A stretch of 30,412 nucleotides of DNA from Exilispira sp. (GTDB taxonomy: Bacteria; Spirochaetota; JAAYUW01): the NCBI GenBank assembly GCA_046291015.1, contig JBKBTB010000001.1, positions 1 through 30,412 of the forward strand. Reading direction: 5' to 3'. Under the pieces are notes generated by a model. The model did no database searches. It worked only from the letters and a program-made list of their open reading frames with translations, and was not told the origin of the DNA. This document shows, piece by piece, positions 1-9,067 of this stretch; the stretch's first letter is position 1; every line of letters begins with the position of its first letter. Made by a program: the position numbers and the translations under genes.

Positions 1-1
1 A

Positions 2-2539
2 GATAGTATAATTAAAGGTAGTTTATATCCATTTGCTGATTTTTTAAAAAAATACTTTATGCAGGATACAGCAAAAAGTGAAAAGCAAAATAAAGAAAAT
101 TTTGAAAAAATATATGATAAACTATTAAACAAACTATCTTCAATAATAAATAAAGATGCAGAAGGGTTAATAAAAGAACTAAATAGAACTAAATCTTTTA
201 TTGCGGCTCTTATCGGTATATATTATGAAAAAAGCCCTTATCAAACAATTGATCCAAAGGGAAGATATGAGAACACTTTATATGCATTGAAAGACTTTTT
301 TATAGCAAATAGTCTATTGAAGCCAACAATAATAATACTGGAGGATTTGCAATGGCTGGATTATGATTCCATGGAGGAATTCAAAATTTTAACACGAAAT
401 ATTAAAAACTACAAAATAGGACTTATTTTAACAGGTAGATTTTTTGATGATGGAAGCAAACCATTGCTTAAAATTGATGATGATATTGAAAAAGATGAGA
501 TTTACCTTGAAAATCTTTCGACTCTTAGCTCTGAAAAACTTATAGATATTCAACTAACAGATAGAGCCGATGAAAAATTGAAAAGTTTTATTTTTTCAAA
601 GACTCTGGGAAACCCATTTTATATAGAACAATTCTGTCAGTATTTAATCGAAAATAACCTGATTATAAGAACAGAGCAAGGTTATAAACTTATTGATAAA
701 AATATCGATATACCTTCATCTATAAACTTAATAATAATGGCAAGAATTGATAGACTTTCACAGGAATTAAAAGAAGCAGTACAGATTGCATCTGTAATAG
801 GGGTAGAATTTGAATTACAAATACTCGATCGACTAATAAATGAAGTGATGAAAAATAGTATTGAAGATAATAATGAGATAGTTTATGAATGCGAAAAGCA
901 AAAGATCTGGATTTCACTTTCAGAGATTAAATATATTTTCAAACATGCACTTTTACAACAGGTAGCTTATGAAATGCAATTAAAGCAGAGACTTATTTTT
1001 GTGCATAATCTTACCGGGAAAATAATGGAAGAACTTTTTAAAGATAATCCTCAAAAATATATAGAAATTGCATATCATTATGATAAAGCCGAAAATATTG
1101 AAAAGGCAATTTTTTATTTTCATAAGGCAGCTGAATTTTGTAAGGCAAATTATAACAACAATGAAACAATAAAATGCTATGATAAACTTTTAACTCTTGT
1201 TAAAAATGAAGAAAAGATCATCGAAATTTTAAATAATAAAGGTCTTGTCCTCGAATTAATGGGAGATTGGGATAATTCTGAAAAATGCTACAGAGAAGCC
1301 ATGCAAATAAGTTTAAAATTAAATAATCAATATCTTATATGCAAAAGTAAGGAACTTGCCGCTTCATTATTAATATCCAAAGGGAGCTACGATTCAGCTA
1401 TGGATTTGCTTATAGAGGCTGAAGCAATTGCAAAAGAAATAGGCGATGAACGTCAATATTCTTTTATACTAAAAGACTTTGGAAATATATATTCAAATCA
1501 GGGTGAATATGATAAAGCACTCGAATATTTTGAGAGAATGAAAGATGTCTGTCTTAAAATTGATGATAAAATTGGTTATTCAATTGCATTAGAAAATATA
1601 GGAAATGTTTTTTCCGATAAAGGGCATTATGAAAAAGCGATGAAATATTATGATGAAAAGAAAAATATTTGTCTTCAGATTAATGATAAAAGAGGTTATT
1701 CAGTAGCCATAGGAAATTTAGGTTTATGTTATCATTATAAGGGAGAGCTTGATAAGGCTTTAGAATGCTATGAAGAAAGAAAAAAAATTTGCTTTGAAAT
1801 AGGAGATAGAACCGGGTATGCTATAGCTGTCGGAAATATCGGTAATATTTATAAGGATAAATTTGATCTGGAAAACGCATTAAAATGCTTTGAAGAAATC
1901 AAAGAAATCTTTCTAAGCATGGGCGATAAAAGAAGATATTCTATTGCAATTGGAAATATCGGTTCTTTGTTTTTATCAAAAGGTGACTTTGAGAATGCAA
2001 TTAATAATTTTGAACTTCAAAAAGAAATATGCCTTTTACTTGATAATAAAAGAGGATATATAACCGCAATTTCCATGTTAGGCCAGTCTTTTTATTTTAT
2101 GGAAGATTATGATAATGCTCTCAAATATTTGGATGAAGCTATTGAACTTGCAAAAAGCCTGAATCTTGATTACCATCTTTCTGATTTATTAAGAAAAAAG
2201 GCAGAACTACTTTATGAAATAAATGAAATAGAAAAAGCAAAGACAATTAACGAAAACTCTTATGAAATATCGAAAATTATCGAGGCAAAAGATCAAATAT
2301 TTGAATATAATGTTTTAAAATATAAAATTGAAAAAGATAAAGATCGTCTTTTAAGTCTACTTGAAAAAACAGATGAGGATGAAGAAATTGCCCTTATTTA
2401 TTATACCCTTTTTAAGATAATTGATGATGAACTGGATAAAATGAAGTACAAAAAAATGGCAATACAGTTATATGAAAATCTTTTTCATAAAACTGGATTC
2501 TATTATTATAAAAAACAATTGAAAGACTTAAAAAATTAA
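2..2539 (+). CDS. STAND/AAA-type NTPase with C-terminal TPR array, 5'-truncated (resembles the C-terminal part of adenylate/guanylate-cyclase-AAA-TPR proteins)
   Basis: Frame is open from base 2 (DSIIKGSLYPFADFLKKYF-MQD...), so the true start lies outside the window. Walker B-like IIILEDLQWLD, GNPFYIEQ (GxP) motif, IMARIDRL and YIFKHALLQQVAY winged-helix segment, then TPRs. Confidence 0.8.
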   Translation, partial: DSIIKGSLYPFADFLKKYFMQDTAKSEKQNKENFEKIYDKLLNKLSSIINKDAEGLIKELNRTKSFIAALIGIYYEKSPYQTIDPKGRYENTLYALKDFFIANSLLKPTIIILEDLQWLDYDSMEEFKILTRNIKNYKIGLILTGRFFDDGSKPLLKIDDDIEKDEIYLENLSTLSSEKLIDIQLTDRADEKLKSFIFSKTLGNPFYIEQFCQYLIENNLIIRTEQGYKLIDKNIDIPSSINLIIMARIDRLSQELKEAVQIASVIGVEFELQILDRLINEVMKNSIEDNNEIVYECEKQKIWISLSEIKYIFKHALLQQVAYEMQLKQRLIFVHNLTGKIMEELFKDNPQKYIEIAYHYDKAENIEKAIFYFHKAAEFCKANYNNNETIKCYDKLLTLVKNEEKIIEILNNKGLVLELMGDWDNSEKCYREAMQISLKLNNQYLICKSKELAASLLISKGSYDSAMDLLIEAEAIAKEIGDERQYSFILKDFGNIYSNQGEYDKALEYFERMKDVCLKIDDKIGYSIALENIGNVFSDKGHYEKAMKYYDEKKNICLQINDKRGYSVAIGNLGLCYHYKGELDKALECYEERKKICFEIGDRTGYAIAVGNIGNIYKDKFDLENALKCFEEIKEIFLSMGDKRRYSIAIGNIGSLFLSKGDFENAINNFELQKEICLLLDNKRGYITAISMLGQSFYFMEDYDNALKYLDEAIELAKSLNLDYHLSDLLRKKAELLYEINEIEKAKTINENSYEISKIIEAKDQIFEYNVLKYKIEKDKDRLLSLLEKTDEDEEIALIYYTLFKIIDDELDKMKYKKMAIQLYENLFHKTGFYYYKKQLKDLKN
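1457..2176 (+). repeat. Six consecutive 40-aa (120-bp) TPR-like coding repeats
   Basis: Units begin YSFILKDFGNIY / YSIALENIGNVF / YSVAIGNLGLCY / YAIAVGNIGNIY / YSIAIGNIGSLF / YITAISMLGQSF at a 40-residue spacing. Confidence 0.85.
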
Positions 2540-2577
2540 TTAACATTTTACATATAAATTTAGGGTGGATCTTTGCT

Positions 2578-3489
2578 ATGCATATATTCGGTAAAAAATT
2601 GATTAATCTATTAATTTTTATTTTTCTTTTACTATTATTTATTTCATCAAGTTTAATGGAAGAATTTCAGGATAATTTTGTTGTAGATAGCCTCGGTAGA
2701 AAAGTTGCAATAAAAGATTATCAGAGAATCGGCATAATAAATCCATCAGCACTGAAAACATTTCTTTTTTTAAATTTTGATACTGGCAGAATTGCCGGAG
2801 TGGATTCTTATTCAATAGATAAATACAGGGATAAATTGACACCAAAAACTGAAAATTTAGGAGATTTTAACAATCCTAATATCGAATTAATTGTTAAACA
2901 AAAAATAGATTTACTTATTCTTGATCAATCATTTTCAATCCAAAAATTATATGAGATTGAAAAATTAAATATTCCATATTTTGTATATTCAACGACACCA
3001 TCCTCATACGAAGCGATAAAGTTTAATATTCAAAGCCTTTCTAAACTTATTAAAAAAGAAATGAATTTTGAAAAGCTTAAAAATGAACATATAACTTCTT
3101 ATGAAAAAAAAATATTGAGCTTAAAAGATAAATTCTTAAATAAAACCATTTTAATTATTGTCTGGGCTGATAACAATATTACCTGTTCAGGAGCTGACTC
3201 ATATTTAACATTGCTTGCTGAATTTGCAGGATTTAAATATGCAATAAATGAAAAGGGCTGGATTAATATATCATTTGAAAAAATGTTAACATTAAATCCA
3301 GATTATATAATTGTTGCATCATCATTTGTAGATAAACAGTTTTTCTCTAAAAGCATTTTTAAAAATTTAAAAGCAGTAGAAAATAAAAATATATATTTTT
3401 TTAATCAACAGGATGAAGATGTTGTTTTACAGCCATCTTTCGATCTGTGGCAGGGATTTTATGAAATATTAATCAAGTTTAATTTATAG
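2578..3489 (+). CDS. ABC transporter substrate-binding protein, BtuF/Fe-siderophore (helical backbone) family
   Basis: Hydrophobic N-terminal anchor; VVDSLGRKV, RIGIINPS, IAGVDSYS, PNIELIVKQKIDLLI and ISFEKMLTLNPDYII motifs, including the two docking Glu typical of BtuF-like proteins. Confidence 0.75.
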   Translation: MHIFGKKLINLLIFIFLLLLFISSSLMEEFQDNFVVDSLGRKVAIKDYQRIGIINPSALKTFLFLNFDTGRIAGVDSYSIDKYRDKLTPKTENLGDFNNPNIELIVKQKIDLLILDQSFSIQKLYEIEKLNIPYFVYSTTPSSYEAIKFNIQSLSKLIKKEMNFEKLKNEHITSYEKKILSLKDKFLNKTILIIVWADNNITCSGADSYLTLLAEFAGFKYAINEKGWINISFEKMLTLNPDYIIVASSFVDKQFFSKSIFKNLKAVENKNIYFFNQQDEDVVLQPSFDLWQGFYEILIKFNL

Positions 3490-3909
3490 CTTGAAATCAA
3501 GATATGGCTTTATTTTTTGATTAAATAGAAAAATTTATTATAAAATTTTTTCTTTAATACTTTGAGATTTATTTTTTAAGTAAGAGTATTTTTTGACGCA
3601 AACAAGATAAATTTTTATAAGACTTTTTATTATAAAATAATTTTTATTTATTATAACAATTACTCAATTTACAATAAAGTTTAATTAAACAATAGCATCA
3701 AAACATTAATGAGAAGATAAAAATACATTTAATTATCTACTATATTTTTCAATAAATATTGTGATGAATTATTGAAAAACAAAGGTATCTTTGTTCTAAA
3801 TGCTCATATTGTTCAAAATATCTATTAATATTTAGGAAAAAAAGTTTTGAAATCAATAATTATACATTGATGCAATTCAAAATCTTATTGTAATATAAAA
3901 ATTTTATTA

Positions 3910-6213
3910 CTAAATATAAATCTCTCTCTTTTTACCATCTATTAAAGGTGATATCAGTCCTTCTTCCTCCATCTGTTCTACAATTCTTGCTGCTCTATTG
4001 TATCCAATCTTTAGCCTTCTTTGTAAATATGAAGAAGATACCTTTCTTTCTCTTTTGACAATCTCAACTGCTTCTGGATATAATGGATCATCACCAGAAA
4101 AATCATCATTTTCTAAATTATCTTCTTTTTTAACCTGAGCAAAAAGCTCATTTATTGATTTTCTTTCTGTCTTATAATTCTGGCAAATCTTTTTTACGAG
4201 CTCTCTTACCTCGTTAGTTGATATAAATGCTCCCTGAATTCTTACAGGTGGCAGTCCTGCAAATGAAAAAAGCATATCCCCATTTCCAAGAAGAGATTCG
4301 GCACCAGATGTATCTAAAATAATCCTTGAATCTGTTTTTGAAAATGTTTGAAATGCAATTCTAGAAGGCAGATTTGATTTAATAACCCCTGTTACAACTT
4401 CTGCCGATGGTCTTTGTGTTGCAAAAATAAGATGAATTCCAACCGCTCTTGCCATAGCCGAAAGATGTATCAAAGAATCTTCTATTATTTTTTGAGCCGT
4501 TTGCATAAGTGCGTAGAATTCATCTATTATTAAGACAAGATATGGTAGTTTTTCAATCATAATCTGATTATAATCTTCAATCGACCTGCTACCATTCTCC
4601 TTTAATAATGAATATCTACTCTCCATTTCAGAAACAAGCCATTTTAATGCGGCTGATGCATCTTCTGGATAAATGATAATTTCATCTGTAAGAAGATGGG
4701 GAAGTTCATTATATAATGAAAGTTCTACCCTTTTAGGATCTATCAAAATAAGTCTTACCTTTTCAGGGGAATTTGCTACAACTAAAGAGGCAATAAGGGT
4801 ATTTATGCAAACTGATTTGCCTGAACCAGTTCTACCTGCAATTAAAAGATGTGGTGATTTTGAAATATCTGTTACAATAGTTTTGCCCTCTATATCCTTT
4901 CCAAGTATGAATGGTAAATGCATATTTGAATTTTTAAATTCATCTGATTTTGCAAGATCTGTAAAATAAACAATTTGCTTTATTTCATTTGGTATTTCAA
5001 TTCCAACCGCCTTTTTTCCGGGAATTGGTGCTAAAATTCTTATCTTTTCAGCTGATAAATTATATGTTATATTTTTTTCAAGATTTATAATCTTTCCAAG
5101 ATTTACCCTTTCATCAATTTCAAGTTCGAACCTTGTAACTACAGGACCTTTTATATAATTAAGTAATTTTGATTCAATCCCAAAGTCCTTTAAGGTTTTT
5201 AATATTATTTCTCCTTTTTCTTCTATAACCTTTTTATCCTGCTCTTTATCTTCAAAATGTATGTGAGTTGTTTCTGGTAAAAAGTCTTCAATTCTATTAT
5301 TTTCTCTAATATTAAAAAATTTTTCATTTTCCTGATTTTCATCAAAATTTATTATTCTTTCTTCGATTTTTATGTTTTCATTTTTTACTTTCTCTTCATA
5401 TTCTAAATTTCTTTTATTTTCCGTAACTTTTTGAATATTATCTTTTTTCCCATTATTTATTTCAACATTATTAGCATATATTTTAGCATCTATATTATCT
5501 TTTTCCCCATTATTTGTTTCACTATTTTTGTCATATATCTTGGAATTTATATTATCCATTTTTTGTACATTACTTTCTTTATATACACTGTCATGCTCTT
5601 CGATATAAGGAGATATATTAATCTCTGGTATATTTAATTTTAATACATTTAATTCTCTTTTATTTTTATTTAATTTTTCTTTTTCATTTTCTTCGAAATC
5701 AAAACTGGATCCCTTATTTTCTTTACCTATATTTTCTTTACCTATAAAAATATCTTTAATATTTGAAACCTTGCCATCTAAATCTAAATAATATATAATT
5801 GATATTAAAAGATATAAGATAAAAAATATTTCTAAAAGCATATATAGAATGAAAAAAGCTGTCTCACTTTCAAAAAGATAAACAATATTCTTATTTATTG
5901 AGAAAAAATTTGAACCAAAAAATAATATTTCTAAAAGTGGCAAACTTATTGTAAAACAAAACAGGATTGAAAAAAGAAGATTTAATGCCTTTCTATCTAA
6001 AGCAGTATCAAATAATAAAACTAAAAACCATATTACTTCTATTGCCAACCAGGGAAATATACCAAGTGCAACAATGACTTCATTCTGAATTATATATAAA
6101 AAAAAGATTAATATTGTTGAAAAAAATGCTAAAAAATAATGCAAAATCTTTATTTTTAATCTATTCATTTTTAAAAAAGTCTCCAAAAAATTATTTACAA
6201 TTTTTCTTATCAT
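3910..6213 (-). CDS. ftsK: DNA translocase FtsK/SpoIIIE
   Basis: N-terminal TM helices and a low-complexity linker; GPVVTRFE, IPGKKAVGIEIPN, Walker A HLLIAGRTGSGKS, IDPKRVEL, IIDE, ARAVGIHLIFATQRPS; gamma domain LQRRLKIGYNRAARIVEQME. Start could be 6168 instead. Confidence 0.97.
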   Translation of the reverse strand: MIRKIVNNFLETFLKMNRLKIKILHYFLAFFSTILIFFLYIIQNEVIVALGIFPWLAIEVIWFLVLLFDTALDRKALNLLFSILFCFTISLPLLEILFFGSNFFSINKNIVYLFESETAFFILYMLLEIFFILYLLISIIYYLDLDGKVSNIKDIFIGKENIGKENKGSSFDFEENEKEKLNKNKRELNVLKLNIPEINISPYIEEHDSVYKESNVQKMDNINSKIYDKNSETNNGEKDNIDAKIYANNVEINNGKKDNIQKVTENKRNLEYEEKVKNENIKIEERIINFDENQENEKFFNIRENNRIEDFLPETTHIHFEDKEQDKKVIEEKGEIILKTLKDFGIESKLLNYIKGPVVTRFELEIDERVNLGKIINLEKNITYNLSAEKIRILAPIPGKKAVGIEIPNEIKQIVYFTDLAKSDEFKNSNMHLPFILGKDIEGKTIVTDISKSPHLLIAGRTGSGKSVCINTLIASLVVANSPEKVRLILIDPKRVELSLYNELPHLLTDEIIIYPEDASAALKWLVSEMESRYSLLKENGSRSIEDYNQIMIEKLPYLVLIIDEFYALMQTAQKIIEDSLIHLSAMARAVGIHLIFATQRPSAEVVTGVIKSNLPSRIAFQTFSKTDSRIILDTSGAESLLGNGDMLFSFAGLPPVRIQGAFISTNEVRELVKKICQNYKTERKSINELFAQVKKEDNLENDDFSGDDPLYPEAVEIVKRERKVSSSYLQRRLKIGYNRAARIVEQMEEEGLISPLIDGKKREIYI
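5435..5556 (-). repeat. Degenerate in-frame 57-bp (19-aa) tandem duplication in the FtsK linker
   Basis: ATATTATC recurs at 5435, 5492 and 5549; protein NINSKIYDKNSETNNGEKD / NIDAKIYANNVEINNGKKD / NIQK. Confidence 0.8.
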
Positions 6214-6227
6214 TATAGTTTTTCGGT

Positions 6228-7409
6228 ATGAAATTAAAAAGGTTCTTTATAAAATCAATATCTTTTTTTCTTTTATTTCTTTTCATTTTAAGTTTCTCAT
6301 GTAAAACATTTACATATAATTTGGAGCAATTTACAGGTCAGAAAGATTCAAACTTCTTAAACTATTTATATCCTATTAACTCTAATGATAACAAAAATCC
6401 TATAAATGAAACTATGAATTTTTGTGCGATTTTTGTAGATGAACAGGGCATTTTTTACTCTTTAATAATAGAATTAAATAAACTAAACCTAAACAATACA
6501 GACTTCTGGTTTTATGAAATGTATTTTTATGACTACTCTCCCATTCAAAAAGCAATGCAAAATCAGAATGATACAAATACTTCTAAAGGTAATGAAAAGA
6601 ATAATTTAAATCAGGTTATTGAACCTATACGAATAAAGTTTAGCCAGACTTCAATAAATCCTATGACTCAATTTAATGTTAGCTTAAATAAGATAAGTTT
6701 AGGAAAAAATATTTTTTCATGGAAGGATAACAAACTAATATTTGAATTTAAGGATAAAAAAAATTCCATTAAGGTAACTGCTAATTTATATTCTGAAAAT
6801 AACTTTACAATTACAGATTCACCTATCATAAGAAGCCCATTGGGTCAATCTTACTTTTTTGTTTCTGCAGATTTACCTGTTGAATGTGAGTATAATTTTT
6901 ATTATACAGATAAATTAAAAATTAAAAAGAAATTAAAAGGTGGTACTGGCATTATTTATAAAAGCTGGGGACCAAATTCTATTTCTGATTATGAATTTCA
7001 TTTCTTAAAATTTTCTAATTTTAACCTGAAAAATGCAGAAATGAATATACCATCTGAATTTTTAGATAAATCATTTATTATTCTATCAATACCAAAATCT
7101 CGTTTTTATTCAGTTGTTGAAATTTCCAGAGAGAACAATATACCTGTATATAATATTATCAAAAATTTTATACCTGAAAATGATTATAGCTATTCAAAAA
7201 TTATTGCAGATAAAAATAGAAGATATCCATCATTTTTTTCTATATTCTTAAAAAATAATCTTTTTAAATTCTGGCCAATTTACGAAAAATCTGTTGTGCA
7301 ATTTTTTACCCATGATAGCTGGTTTGGAATGGTTGGAATTTATGATTCTGCTGGAAGGATTATTGGACTGGGTTTTTCTAATCTTTTCGAATATTCCAGA
7401 ATGAAATAG
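6228..7409 (+). CDS. Hypothetical lipoprotein, possibly a highly diverged AttH/CrtC lipocalin-like protein
   Basis: Signal MKLKRFFIKSISFFLLFLFILSFSC (lipobox-like FSC). Order of FWFY, GQSYFF, GTGIIYKSWG, RYPSFFSI, WFGMV and GLGFSNL echoes AttH/CrtC motifs, recalled from memory. Confidence 0.55.
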   Translation: MKLKRFFIKSISFFLLFLFILSFSCKTFTYNLEQFTGQKDSNFLNYLYPINSNDNKNPINETMNFCAIFVDEQGIFYSLIIELNKLNLNNTDFWFYEMYFYDYSPIQKAMQNQNDTNTSKGNEKNNLNQVIEPIRIKFSQTSINPMTQFNVSLNKISLGKNIFSWKDNKLIFEFKDKKNSIKVTANLYSENNFTITDSPIIRSPLGQSYFFVSADLPVECEYNFYYTDKLKIKKKLKGGTGIIYKSWGPNSISDYEFHFLKFSNFNLKNAEMNIPSEFLDKSFIILSIPKSRFYSVVEISRENNIPVYNIIKNFIPENDYSYSKIIADKNRRYPSFFSIFLKNNLFKFWPIYEKSVVQFFTHDSWFGMVGIYDSAGRIIGLGFSNLFEYSRMK

Positions 7410-7577
7410 AATTTAAAATTACAATTTATTTTTTTCTAAAATAATTAAATTAATAATAGTAGATTAAAGCTTTTAATTAATTTTTGTGTAAATCCTATAT
7501 AAATTTTAATATTATTTTTAATTTTATGACTCTCATTAAAATGATAATAAAAAAATAATATTAAAGGAGGCTTAATT

Positions 7578-8147
7578 ATGTCGCTTGATCAAATTATCAA
7601 TTCAAGAAGAGCATATAGAGCCATCGAAAAAATTCAAATCTCTCAAAATATAATTAAAAGTCTTGCAGAATCTGCATCACTTGCGCCTTCTTGCTACAAT
7701 AATCAACCATGGAAATTTGTTTTTGTTGTATCTAATGAAAAACTGGAAAATCTATCTGAAGCTTATAGCAAAGGGAATGAATGGTGTCAGAATGCAAGTA
7801 TGGTTATTGTAGTTATCTCAAGAAAAGAGGATGACTGTATTATTGGGGAAAGAACATATTATCAATTTGATACTGGAATGGCAATTGCCTTCCTTATACT
7901 TAAAGCCACAGAACTTGGACTTGTGGCACATCCAATAGCTGGTTTTAATCCAGATAAAATAAAGCAGATAATTCAACTTCCAGAAGATTATGAAGTTATA
8001 ACACTTATTATCGTTGGTAAAAAAAGTGATAATTTAAGCATATTAACCAAACCATGGCAAATTGAAAGCGAAAAAACAAGACCTTTGAGAAAACAGTTAA
8101 ATGAATTCTGCTATATAGATAATTTTTTAAATAATATTTCTCTATAA
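7578..8147 (+). CDS. Nitroreductase family protein (FMN-dependent)
   Basis: IINSRRAYRA, ASLAPSCYNNQPWKFVFV, DTGMAIAFLILKATELGLVAHPIAGF, RPLRK; RBS AAGGAGG 7 nt upstream of ATG. Confidence 0.93.
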   Translation: MSLDQIINSRRAYRAIEKIQISQNIIKSLAESASLAPSCYNNQPWKFVFVVSNEKLENLSEAYSKGNEWCQNASMVIVVISRKEDDCIIGERTYYQFDTGMAIAFLILKATELGLVAHPIAGFNPDKIKQIIQLPEDYEVITLIIVGKKSDNLSILTKPWQIESEKTRPLRKQLNEFCYIDNFLNNISL

Positions 8148-8215
8148 ATAACACTTCTTGTAAACTATATTTCACTTTAAGGATAATTTTCATATTACAT
8201 AATGACCTTTATAAT

Positions 8216-8275
8216 CTACTAAATATAATTCTACTAAATATAATTCTATTAAATATAATTCTATTAAATATTATT
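8216..8275 (+). repeat. Four tandem copies of a 15-bp unit CTAYTAAATATAATT
   Basis: ctactaaatataatt x2, ctattaaatataatt, ctattaaatattatt at 8216, 8231, 8246 and 8261. Confidence 0.9.
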
Positions 8276-8397
8276 TATACTTCATTAGATATATTGAATT
8301 AATCAAATATCAAGAATAAATCCATTTTACTTTTTTATTAAAAATAAATATATTATATATGAATTATTTATTATAAAAAAAATTAAAGGAGAAATTT

Positions 8398-8934
8398 ATG
8401 ATTAAACAAGAACTTTTAGATGCTATGAATGATCAGATAAATTATGAACTTGAGTCTTACTATATTTATCTTTCAATGGCTGCTTATTTTTCATCGCTAA
8501 ATTTAGATGGCATGGCTCACTGGATGAGAGTTCAGGCTCATGAAGAAATGATTCATGCCATGAAATTTTTTGACCATATTATAGATAGAGGTGGGAAAGT
8601 CATACTTAAAGATGTCAAGCAACTAAAAACAAGCTGGACAAATCCAAAAGAAGCTTGGGATAATGCATATGAGCATGAACAGCTTATAACAAGCAGGATA
8701 AACAATCTAATGGCTATAGCCAGAAAGTTACAGGATTTTACAAGTGAGCCATTATTACAATGGTTTGTTAATGAACAAATAGAAGAAGAAGTAAATACAT
8801 CCAAAATATCCCAACAAATGGCTATAATAAAGGATAATCCTCAGGGTTTATATTTACTTGACAAAGAACTTGCAGCAAGAGCTTTTCCTGCTGGATCCCC
8901 TTTTGATCCATTAGCTTATAATGTTCAAAATTAA
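8398..8934 (+). CDS. ftnA: Non-haem ferritin
   Basis: LNDQIN-like start (MNDQINYELES); ferroxidase residues in QAHEEMIHA, YEHEQ and WFVNEQIEEE; RBS AAGGAG upstream. Confidence 0.95.
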   Translation: MIKQELLDAMNDQINYELESYYIYLSMAAYFSSLNLDGMAHWMRVQAHEEMIHAMKFFDHIIDRGGKVILKDVKQLKTSWTNPKEAWDNAYEHEQLITSRINNLMAIARKLQDFTSEPLLQWFVNEQIEEEVNTSKISQQMAIIKDNPQGLYLLDKELAARAFPAGSPFDPLAYNVQN

Positions 8935-9067
8935 AAGTTACCATTTAAAATCTTTTTTAAAATTTTGATCATTATTTTGGGAAGGTAATAAAAGGTAATC
9001 AAGTAGATATATAATGGCAACAAAAGGTTAATTATTAATCACCATCTTTAAAGTCATTTGTTGTTAT

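Noticed and set aside
3490-3909. 420-bp AT-rich convergent gap as oriC, dif site or sRNA locus
   Set aside because: No TTATCCACA DnaA boxes, no dif-like palindrome and no stable GC-containing hairpin were seen. The cttg-aaat-caag stem and TTGATG-18-TAATAT match are expected by chance at this AT content.
8294-8306. FNR box upstream of ferritin
   Set aside because: Spacing is TTGA-N5-TCAA, one base shorter than the FNR consensus TTGAT-N4-ATCAA. It is kept only as an unassigned palindrome.
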